DNA from: the human T2T-CHM13v2.0 reference genome, Homo sapiens
Reading direction: 5' to 3' (one strand)
NCBI RefSeq assembly: GCF_009914755.1
Contig: NC_060929.1
DNA: 64,000 nucleotides
Shown here: piece after piece, positions 43,216 through 55,572 of the stretch
Numbering within the stretch: the first letter of the stretch is position 1
Layout of the letters: every line of letters begins with the position of its first letter
Notes under the pieces: model-generated
Databases searched by the model: none
The model's input: the letters and a program-made list of their open reading frames with translations, nothing else
What the model was told of the DNA's origin: nothing
Translations under genes and position numbers: made by a program

Positions 43216-46200
43216 ATGAAAAGAATGAATGAAAAAGAGTGAACAAAACCTCCGAGAATATGGGATTATGTAAAGAGATCAAACATACAACTGATTGGGG
43301 TACCTGAAAGAGATGGGGAGTATGGTACTAAGTTGGAAAACATACTTCCGGATATCATCCAGGAGAATTTCCTCAGCCTAGCAAGACAGGCCAACATTCA
43401 AATTCAGGAAATGCAGAGATCTCCAGTAAGGTACTCCACAAGAAGGTCAACCCCCAAGACACAAAATCATCAGATTCTCCAAGGTCAAAATGCAAGAAAA
43501 AAAAGTTAAGGGAAGCCAGAGAGAAAGGCCAGATCACTTATGAAATAAAACCCGTCTGACTAACAGTAGACCCCTCAGCAGAAATCCTACAAGGCAGAAG
43601 AGACTGGGGGCCCATATTCAACATTCTTAAAGAATTTCCAACCTAGAATTTCGTTATCTGGCCAAACTAAGCTTCGTAAGTGAAGGAGAATATAAGATCC
43701 TTTCCAGACAAGCAAATGCTGAGGGAATTCATCACCACCAGGCCTGCCTTTCAAGATCTCCTGAAGGAAGCACTAAATATGGAAAGGAAAAGCCGTTACC
43801 ACCCACTACAAAAACATACCAAAGTACATAGACCACTGACACTATGAAGCAACCAAATAAGCAACTCTTCAAAATAACCAGCTAGCATCATGATGACAGG
43901 ATCAAATTCACACAGAGCAATAGTAACCTTAAATTTAAATAGGCTGAATGCCACAATTAAAAGACACAGAATGGCAAGCTGGATAAAGAGCCAAGACCCA
44001 TCAGTGTGCTGTCTTCAAGAGACCCTCTCATGTGCAGACACACACATAGGCTCAAAATAAAGGGATGGAGGAAAATTTACCAACCAAATGAAAACTATAA
44101 AAAAAAAAAAAAGAAAAACAAAACAGGGGTGGAAATCCTAGTTCCTGACAAAAGAGACTTCAAACCAACAAAGATTAAAAAAAGATGAAGAGCATTACAT
44201 AATGGTAAAGGGTTCAATTCAACAAAAGAGTTAACTATTCTAAATATATATGTACCCAATACAGGAACACCCAGATTCATAAAGCAAGTACTTAGGGACC
44301 TACAAAGAGACATTGACTTCCACACAATAATAGGAGACTTTAATACCTCACTGTCAGTATTAGATAATTGAGACAGAAAATTGTAACAGAGATATTCAGA
44401 ACCTGAACTCAGCTTTGGATCGAGTGGACCTGATAGCAACAGAATACACATTGTTCTGATCGCTATGTGGCACTTAATGTAAAATTGGTGACATAATCAG
44501 AAGTATAACACTCCTCAGCAAATGCAAAAGAACTGAAATCATAACAAACAGTCTCAGACCACAGTGCAATCAAATTAGAACACAAGATCAAGAATTTCAC
44601 TCAAAACCACACCACAACTACATGGAAATTGAACAACCGGCTCCTGAATGACTCTTGGGTAGATAATGAAATTAAGGCAGAAATCAAGAAGTTCTTTGAA
44701 ACTAATGAGAACAAAGAGGCAACGTAGCAGAATCTCTGGGATGCAGCTAAAGCAGTGTTAAGAAGGAAATTTATAGCACTAAATCCCCACACCAAAAGCC
44801 AGAAAGATTTCAAGTTACAACAGAACATCTGGAGAACCAAGAACAAACAAACCCCAAAGATAGCAGAAGACAAGAAATAACCAAGATCAGAGCTGAACTG
44901 AAGAAGACAGAGACACAAATAACCCTTCAAAAAAAAATCAACAAATCCAGGAGCTGGTTCTTTGAAAAAATTAAAATAAATAGATAGACCACTAGATAGA
45001 CAAAGAAGAAAAGAGCAAAGAGTCAAATAAACACTATGATAAGGGGGATATTACCACTGACCCTACAGAAATACAGACGACCATCAGAGAATGCTATTAA
45101 ACACCTCTATGCATATAAACTAGAAAATCTAGAAGAAATGGATAAATTCCCGGACACATAATACCCTCCTACGACCGAACCAAGAAGAAATTGAATTCCT
45201 GAATAGACCAATAATGAGTTCTGAAATTGAGGCAGGAATAAATTGCCTACCAACCAAAAACCCAGGAACAGATACATTCACAACTGAATTTTACCAGAGG
45301 CACGAAGAAGAGCTGGTGCCATTTCTACAGAAACTATCCCAAAAAATCACAAAGGAGGGACTGCTCCCTAACTCATTCTATGAGGCAAGCATCATCCTGA
45401 TACCAAAATCCGGCAGAGATACAACAAAAAAAGAAAACTTCTAGTCAATATCTCAATATCCTTGGTGAACATTGATGAAAAAATCCTCAATAAAATACTG
45501 GCAAACTAAATTCAGCAGCACATCAAAAGCCTTATCCACCATGATCAAGTTGGCTTCATCCCTGGGATGCAAGATTGGTTCAACATATGCAAATCAATAA
45601 ATGTGATTCATCACAATAACAGAACTAAGGACAAAAACCACACAGTTCTCTCAATAGATGCAGAAAAGGCCATCAAAAAAATTCAACATCCCTGCATGTT
45701 AGATGCTCTCAATAAACTAGGTACTGAAGGAACATACCTCAAAATAATAAGAGCCGTCTATGACAAATCCACAGCCAGTATCATAATGGGCAAAAGCCAG
45801 AAACATTCCCCTTGAAAACCAGCACAAGATAAGGATGCCCTCTCTCACCACTCCTATTCAACATAGTATGGGAAGTTCTGGGTAATCAGGCAAGAGAAAG
45901 AAAGAGTATTCAAATAGGAAGAGAGGAAGTCAAATTACCTTTGCAGATGACATGATCCTTTATCTAGAAAACCCCAACATCTCAGCCCAAAGCTTCTTAA
46001 GCTGATAAGCAACTTCAGCAAAGCCTCAGGATACAAAATCAGTGTGCAAAAATTGCTAGCATTCCTATACACCACCAACAGGCAAGCAGAGAGCCAAATC
46101 ATGAATGAACTGCCATCCACAATTGCTACCAAAGAATAAAATACTTAGGAATACAGCTAACAAGGGAAATGAAGGACCTCTTCAAGGAGAACTACAAACC

Positions 46201-47935
46201 ACTACTCAAAGAAATCAGAAAGGACACAAACAAATTGGGAAACATTCCCTGCTCATAGATAAGAATCAATATCATGAAAATAGCCATACTGCCCATGCTC
46301 ATAGATAACAATCAATATCATGAAAATAGCCATACTGCCCAAAGTAATTTAATAGTTTCAGTGCTATTCCCATTAAACTACCATTGCCATTCTTCACAGA
46401 ATTAGAAAAAAAACTATTTTAAAATTTACATGGAACCAAAAAAGAGTTGGAGTTGCCAAGACAATCCTAAGCAAAAAGAACAAAGCTGGAGGCATCATGG
46501 TACCCAACTTCAAACTATATTATAGGGCTACAGTAACTAAAACACCGTGGTAAACTGGTACAAAAACAGACACATAGACCAATGGAACAGAAATGAAGTC
46601 CACACACCTACAACCATCATGATCTTCAACAAACCTGACAAAAACAAGCAATGCAGAAAGGAGTCCCTATTTAATAAATGATGCTGGGAGATCTGGCTAG
46701 CTATATGCAGAAAATTGAAACTGGACCCCTTCCTTACAGCTTATACAAAATTAACCAAGGTGTATTAAAGACTTAAATGTAAAACCCAAAACTATAAAAA
46801 CCCTAGGAGAAAATCTAGGCAGTACCATTCAGGACATAGTCACGGGCAAAGATTTTATGACAGAAATGCCAAAAGCAATTGCAACAAGCAAAAATTGACA
46901 AATGGGATCTAATTAAACTAAAGAGTTTCTGCACAGCAAAAGAAACTATTGACAAAGTGAACAGACAACCTACAGAATGAGAGAAAATGTTTGCAATCTG
47001 TCCATCTGACAAAGGTGTAATATCCAGAGTCTACAAGAACTTAAACAAATTTACAAGAAAAAAATACCCATTAAAAAGTGGGCAAAGGACATGAACAGAC
47101 ACGTCTTAAAAGAAAACATCCATGCAGCCAACAAACTTATGAAAAAATGCTCACCATCACTGGTCATTAGAGAAATGCAAATCGGAAACCACAATGAGAT
47201 ACCATCTCACACCCATCAGAATGGCCATTATTAAAAAGTCAAAAAACAACAGATGCTGGCCAGGTTGCGGAGAAAGAGGAATGCTTTTACACTGTTGGTG
47301 GGAGTATAAATTAATTCAACCATTGTGAAAGACATTAAGGATGACAATTAAGGACCTAGATGCAGGAATACCATTTGACCCAGCAATCTCATTACTGGGT
47401 ACATACCCAAAGGAATATAAATCATTCTATTATAAACATATATGCATGTGTATGTTCATTGCTGCACTATTCACTATAGCAAAGACATGGAATCAACCTA
47501 AATGCCCATCAGTAATAGACTGGATAAAGAAAATGTGGTACATATATACCACAGAATAGTATACAGCCATAAAAAGGAACAAGATCATCTCCTTTGCAGG
47601 GACATGGATAGAGCTGGAATCCATTATCCTCATCAAACTAATGCAGGAACAGAAAATCAAACACTACATGTTCTGACTTATAAGTGACAGCTGAATGATG
47701 AGAATACATGGACACATGGTGGGAGGGAACAGCACACACTGAAACCTTCTGGAGGAGGGGGTAGGGGGAGTGAGAGCATCAGGAAGAATAGCTAATGGAC
47801 GCTGGGTTTAATAGCTGGGTGATGGAATGATCTGTGCAGCAAACCACCATGGCATGTGTTTACCTATATAACATATCTGCACATCCTGCAAATGTACCCC
47901 AGAATTTAAAATAAAATTTGAAGGAAAAAAAAAAA
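43216..47935 (+). mobile_element. ~4.7-kb 5'-truncated old primate L1 (L1PA13-15-like), decayed ORF1 3' half + ORF2 + 3' UTR
   Basis: ORF2 peptide remnants ([48 protein letters not shown]); 3' UTR with AATAAA at 47910 and an A tail; many stops and frameshifts. Confidence 0.95.
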
Positions 47936-48089
47936 GTCTAGCAGCCTCAAGTGCTTTGGTGATCTGTAAAGTACTATTATACTTAAAAATATTTTGTATC
48001 TTACTACCCATGGTTTTATTATTTTATAATTAACCGTGAGTCGCAATATAATATCTCCTGGCCTGTATACTTGTGAAAGTTGTTTTTAA

Positions 48090-48446
<357 letters not shown>

Positions 48447-48581
48447 AGTAGTAGTATATATTTTAGAGCCTTTGCTGTTTCAAATTATTATAAAAATTAT
48501 TGATATGTCTTCTAACATTTTTCTGACAGACTTTGATTACGGTTGATTACTAGTGAGGCAGAGCAAATGTTCTTATTTTTC

Positions 48582-48584
<3 letters not shown>

Positions 48585-48617
<33 letters not shown>
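48585..48617. repeat. (TG)16 microsatellite
   Basis: Perfect dinucleotide run. Confidence 0.95.
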
Positions 48618-48620
<3 letters not shown>

Positions 48621-49199
48621 GATGTTCCTGTTAACAAAGATCCTTCCCCCCACTTTACTTATTTTTTGATAAACAGAAAATGACTTTTATTTCATAGGTC
48701 TTTTGGCCTGTTTATTGGCCATAGAATTATTATACCTACTAAATGTTTGATGGACATCGGTAAATCCTCTCATACCACTTATCACAGTATCTAGCATGTA
48801 GTAGAGATTCAGTACGTAGGTTGAATTTGTAAGTGGAAATGCATTGATCCATTTAGAGCTTAGATGAAGCAATAATTCATCCATTATATGAATCTGTATA
48901 CCCTTGTTATCAAGAGGGTCCTTTGGTTGATAAATACGTGTTAGTGTGGTTCATGAGAAGAAGTTTTTATGTATAAATTATATGTGCTGTGGTGCCCAGT
49001 TAACACCATAGACATTTATTTAGTACGAGCTGTGCCTAAAGCACTGAGGTAGAGAGACACAAAGATTAGTGATATGACCCCTGAGAGTTTCTGAAAGCCC
49101 TGGAAAGGGGACAAAAGGGCATTCAAGTGTTACATAACTAGATGGTTATATGGCAGGGTTCTTGACTGAGGATACAAAGGAAACTTTCCCTCCAAAGAT

Positions 49200-49352
49200 G
49201 GGAGGGAGGTTAGGGATAGGAAATTACTTAACGGGTACAATGTATACTATTTGGGTGATTATTACACTAAAAGCCCAGGCTTCATTACTACACAATGTAT
49301 TCATGCAGCAAAATTGCACTTACACTGCCTAAATTTATATAAATAAAAAAAA
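49200..49352 (+). mobile_element. L1MA-type 3'-end fragment
   Basis: aaattacttaacgggtacaatgta...cactaaaagcccag...aaattgcact...aataaaaaaa. Confidence 0.8.
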
Positions 49353-51919
49353 TGAATGCATAGACCTATTTCTCCCCATTTTTCCTGGAAGTTTACATAT
49401 CACTTTCTTTTGCCAACTCCCCATTGTTCAAATGTGGAAAACAATGAGGTGCCTTTGACCCTGTCTTCTCACTGTCCTCTGTTCCTTTTCAACCCTAGAT
49501 GGAAAGGAAGACCCTACTATTAGAAACACATCTCAGTAATAGGCAGAGAGTGGGATTTTTATTCTGGGACATATTGTTTTGTGGCTGCCATGTTGAAAAG
49601 TAGCAGTTAAATATGATGCCTTAGGAGGTTTGTTCCTGTATTTGACAACCTATTAGGGAATTAGAAAGGGGATGGGATGTTTCAAAATAAATTCCTGTAT
49701 TTAGAAGTTTTTAAAAGCAGCTGCAGGGATTTCATTTTCAGATGAGGAATCATTTTCATTTAAGCCCATCAGCTAAAATGAGTGCTTAGTGAATAGAAAG
49801 CCTGTAACATAAGGCCTCGAGGGCATTACCCCCACTCCACTGAACTCTGAGATTAAGATTCTGTATTCCCCTTCAACCACTTTCTTCATATACCCAAGAG
49901 AAGGAATCATTTAAAATGCATCGGTCACCTTTTTAAAAGCGTATTGACTTTAGAAATAATTTGGCATTTGCTGTTTGTAGATGGGAATACAAATTGAAAT
50001 CAAGTGCTATGTTCTACATTGAGGATTGCTATGTTCCATTGCTGTGTTTCTGACCCATTGGTTTTTACCTAGGGTTTTTAACTGGTTTTCCAGCTTCCTC
50101 ACCAGGCAGGGATCTAGGCTTCTCCTCTATGCCTTCGACTGGTAAAATCAGAGAGAGAGCCTCCATCAGGGCCCCTTGCCAATCTTCCAGGTATCTACAG
50201 TTGCTTAGAGATCTGAGACTCTCTCTTTCCTCACAGGGAAAGGCTATTCCAACCCCAGGGACTGCTGGCCAGTCACTTCCCACTCCTCTCTCCTTAAAAG
50301 CAAGGTCCTCAAATAACAACTACTCATGCTGCACTCATTTCCTTACCTTTGAAAGGACATGAGGATCAGATGAAAAAAGCTTCTGAAAGGTGGCTCTCCC
50401 GGCTGTCTGAGGAAGTGGAAGTATGAAGATGGATCTAAGAATTTACTCGAACTCCTTTTAACTTCACTGTGGATGGTGGTAGTGTTACTTATACGCAGTG
50501 CTGGCACTTGGCTTCTGTGTCAATCATTTTTCTGTTGGTTTGAGGATTCTCTCCATGCACAGAGTCTAATAGATATCCAAAGGCAGTGCATTACAAACCA
50601 GAGTCACTCCTAAAAGAAGCTTTACTGTAAAAAGACCATTTTCTTAAAATGAGTTGTAGCAATATAATGTTGCTCAAAAAGAAAACTTTTTCACTCCATG
50701 AGAAAGATTCACTATCAGTTACCAAACCTGATGTTTTCTTTGCTAAAGTGAAAAATATAAATACAAACTTGGGCCCATAGTTTAGTGTAATTCTAAAGCT
50801 CATCCTTATTGTAAATCTAATGATTGAGAGAACTTTAACATTCATTATCTCTAACTTTCTGATGTTCCAGAAAACTGCAGTCCTATGAGGTTAGCTAATC
50901 ACTTCAACCTGACTTGGTTAGTGCAAAGTCAAGTACGTAGAACCCGGTTATCAATCTCAGCTCATTGTTTTGTCTTCCGCACTACACTGCCTTTCTTAAA
51001 AAGTTATCTTCCTCCACCTAGCACCCCAGTAACCTGTGGCTCTCTTTGTGAAATATCCTTTTTCCATCACTTAAAAGAATTAAATGGAACAACTTCTTAT
51101 AGTAAGTAATCCAAAAGCCCAAGTGAAAGCTGTGGGTCATCAGATCCCATAGTGTGAGCAAGGAAGAAGACAGAATCTGCCCTTGCTGGCCCTTTATCAG
51201 CTCCCAGGATTTGTTGAAGACTTTCATCAAGAAAGCAAGTGACTAGATTAAGTATCCATGCCTTTCATCAGCTGCTGTAGGTCTTGGCAGTGTTACTGCA
51301 GTGCTTTCACCCTTCTCATTTGTCCCATCCATTTGAAATACAGTGTACTTAAATTTCCAACAAAATCATAACGTAGACTCTGTCAGTTAATTAAAGTATA
51401 CTAACAAGCATACAAATTGCTAAGTCATTCTGGGAGGCTATCAGTGCTGGATGTACTTATACATTCAGCACTGGAAACATGCCCTTCCAGTAGTGCACAG
51501 CCAGAAATACCAAGCAGGCTTGCAAAGGACAAGATTAACCTTGGCCTCATGGTATTTTGTCTTTCTGCAGGGAAAGGAAGATCATGGAGACAACAATTGC
51601 AATACACGGTGGAGAACTCAACACCCCTTGATTAAAAAAAAAAAATAGTTGAATAAAAAAGAAGTTTCCTGAAGGAGTAAGATAGAATTTACCACAGAAA
51701 GAAAGTGGTAGTATCTCCCTATTTCAATTTAAGTGTTGTTCCCAGGCAGGTACAAGTACTTCTAAAAAGGCATAGATTAAAGAAAAATGGTATTTGGAGT
51801 CATGGTTACTAAATGAAGCTACAGCTCACCATGATCCTTGGGATGAAGACTATGACCCCCAGCAAAGTTACAAAGGATTCTGCTCTGGAATTTATCAACT
51901 GCTTTGTTTGTTCTCTTAA

Positions 51920-52051
<132 letters not shown>

Positions 52052-55000
52052 TAAGTATCATTTTTCATTTTTATCCTGTTGTTGTGTCCTTGGCTTTCAA
52101 TTTTTGCACTTGTTTATTCTTGTTTCATAAGGAAGGAAAAAAGAAAACATTGTCATGTTTATTCCCAGAAGATGTTATCTGGCAATCTAATCATTCCACA
52201 ATAAGATCCTGAGAATAACCTCAGTTCCTTTAATGATTAAAAATCACTTATTAGTACTAGAATATTTATTAAAATATCTTCTCAGTTTCTTTTTAGAATA
52301 ACTTCTGCTGAAATTGTATTTCTTAATTTGACCTATTTATTCAGATAGTTTGCTCTAGGATTTTTTCAGCTTTATTTTCTAAACATAGCTTCAAACATAT
52401 TTATATGAAAGTAGTGCATATAACTGATTTAGTACTTGAATTTTAAGTTAGTTTTTAATCAGAATTTTGGCTGTGTTCATTTTAAATTTTCCAGTTTGTG
52501 TAGACCTTTTACTCTCTTATCATTATTTTAACTTTATCCAGACCACTATTATGGTTTAAGTCCTTCGTTCTGTTCCATTGTTATATAATTAGCATACGCT
52601 TTTAAAGTAACAATCTATATCTAGTAAGATGCACTGATAATTTGAAAGCACAGGATCTTTCTCCTCCGGGCTGGCATAATCCTTACTGTAAGTATTATTC
52701 ATGTGGGTATCGATTGTGATGCCATGCAGACTTGCTCTTAATTCTATATGGAGAAGAGCAGATATGGTCACATCTGTGGCTCAGAAAAGTAGCTTTCCTT
52801 ATGAAACCTACGAGGGTAGTAATGGAAAGGTGGGTAAATACAAGATGCTTTGGCTATCCAATGAGATTTGTCTCTCAGAGCCAACTAGTATAACAGGCAA
52901 GAAAACTCAGAGGCTGCAATTTTTATTTTGCATGTTCAGGTAATTCATATGTAATATGGTACCACTAACATTCTATAGGAAATTACTAAGCATTCATCTT
53001 CTACCCTAGAATACAAAACCTGTCCATTGAACTGCCCTGCTTAAATAGATATCACTGAAAATGTAGAATATGTAATTCTGGACAGATTCATACTTCCATA
53101 GAAATTAAAACTCAAGTATCCTGAGATTTATAGTAGAGGCAGGCTCTGCACGTATGGTAGAGTATCTGGCCTTCATTGCTACTCATGGTCTTTCCCCAGC
53201 TTTACTAACACACTTTCCTAAGATAGTGATGCTATTTCCTCTGTAGCTCAGTGACTTGACACACCACTATGCTTTTTCTCCCTTTGTAAGGAAAACACAA
53301 GGTTAGAGTTTTCAAATAATACTCTTAAAATAAGGAAAAACACAGAAAGGAACATTATATTCCATCTGGCTCACAAGAGGGAACTTGCTCCCTAGACTTA
53401 CAGTTACCCTTATAACCCAGAACCACCATCCAGGAGCCCTTGCCTAGAAATCTTGATTCCTTGAAGTTTAGATTGAAGAGAATGAGAACCCTCCCTTTCT
53501 CCCAACCCAGAGATGCTGAGCTTTCGCCTCTGTGTTCCTTAACCTATTTTCCTGTGGAACAGGCATCTTCCTCAAGGCACTCACCTCACACAACTCTCCT
53601 ATTAGAGTGGTCTTCCCCTGCTAAAACCATACTACACAGTAACCCCAACACATTCATACAGGAGGTCCAGAGGCCATACCATGCATGGCAAAATCATTTT
53701 TTCTACCTTTAATATTTTGGTATTAACCTATATTTAGTATGTTAAAAAGAAACCTTACCTTGGTGCATGTGAGAAGGTATGTATGTCCAGGGTGGAAGGG
53801 TATGAGATGACACGGCAGTGAGCAAGTGTGGTCGGTCTGTGTTGAGCAGCCACACATCCCATTGCCTCCAGGATCTTATCTGGGTCCTTTCCTGTCAGTC
53901 AGACCTATCAAATGGGTAATTACATGTGATTTACCTTTAATCAATTTTCATATAATAACAAATCCAAGAAAATGCTGTGATAGTTTTTATAGTACGGTTC
54001 TGTAGCCATGTGCAGTGGGGATTTGTATTACATCTTGTAATATAAGACTCTTCTGGACTATTATGTTCAGAATACATTCACATTCAAAAGCCTGGGGGAG
54101 AATTTAGGGGTTTTTACCGTAAAATGCTTTCAACTTTGCCGTTAGGTTATTACGTTTTTACATTAAAACATTAGAAAAAAAGTATTTGGGGAAGTTTAAA
54201 AACTGTCCCTAAGCAAGTTGCAAATGCACCCTACAAGGCATGTCGGCCCTTTCTTAAGGGTGGGTACTGTGGAGTCGCTTGCACGGGGTCTCTTAGCATA
54301 TTGTGTTTGGATAGAGTGACAGAGGAAGCTACTTGTGATTTTTCTGCTTCTGTCATACATTTCTTATTCTGTTTCTTCTGTAGCAATGTGTACTTCTAAA
54401 GTAGATAAGCTTCAGGCAACTCAGAAATGCTCTGAATTGCTTTATAAATTCATCTAGGGGTTACCGGGTTTCCATTACAGTGGGGGACATTTATACTTCT
54501 AAAAGTGTAACTGAGTACGTTTATTCATGCAAGCTTTGTTTGGCTAGATCATTCTAATCATGCATACTTACCTTTCATTTTAGCTTAGTGTTGGAAGTTA
54601 GGGAGTGAAGTCATAGGGGAAGCACACAGGGCTCGATTCCTAAGGGCAAGGCTTCCATTGCCCACTGTGCAGATCCAGTGAGACCCTCGGCCTTATCTGT
54701 CGGCACTGGGTACAATCAGACCTTACTAGCTGAAGAAAAATGTTAAAATTCATTCGATAGATCACTCCTGGCCTCTCCTACTCTCTGATTTATCCTGAGC
54801 ACTTTTTCAGCAGCTCTCTGCTTCTACCAGTCCATGCTATCTCAACTCTGTTTCTCTTTTCCAAACTTCATAGCCTCTCTACTCTGTTGGATGCTGAACT
54901 GTCCAGGCCTGTGCCCTCTTTTCAGTAATTGTCTTTTTAGATTGTCACTTAGTGTCGTGAAGTGTTCTCTTTCTCTAACTTTTAACGCTTTTTCTGGTAG

Positions 55001-55563
55001 CAACTTTACCTTTAAAGTTTATCATTCTTTTATCTCAACTATGGACCAACATGAATTTGTTTCAGAACCAAGAAATCCAATCTACTTGATTTGTATATCA
55101 TGAGAGTTGGATTACCTGCCTTTCAGAAACCCCAGGCTTCTGAGTTGTCCTAATTTGGAAAAGATGTACCCCCCCAAAAAAATTACAATGCCTTTGTTTC
55201 AAATATTGTTCTTTTAACCATATCACATTCATATTAGGCAAAAATATTTCTTGTTGTTTACTTGAACATCAAATATCAAGAGGCCATGATGACTTTATGC
55301 ATGCTCTTCCTTCTGAACTCTTATTCAGGAGGAAGCTGAGTGCTTACAGATGGGAAAGTATAGTAGCAATGAAGAAGGATAATTGGATAGTGTTTCTCTT
55401 TGGCCAATATTTCAAAATCCTGCAGAACCATAACAGGATCTTCCAGCTAATGAATCGAGCCCCTTGTGCACAACTGAACACCACATTGTGTTATTTTGTT
55501 CCAGAATATTTTACAGTTTCTTTTCTTTTGTTTTGTCTTTTTATTTCAACAAAATGAAAATAG

Positions 55564-55572
55564 AGCTCGGAA
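55564..55572 (+). CDS. KCNN2: KCNN2 alternative 9-nt microexon adding Ala-Arg-Lys (HQ-ARK-LRSVK)
   Basis: tag|AGCTCGGAA|gtaagt; joined to the flanking exons it reads CAA GCT CGG AAA TTA (Q A R K L), matching the known SK2-ARK/SK2-b variant. Confidence 0.9.

Noticed and set aside
44006-47687. Endonuclease/reverse-transcriptase-like ORFs
   Set aside because: Broken pieces of L1 ORF2; the element is 5' truncated and inactive
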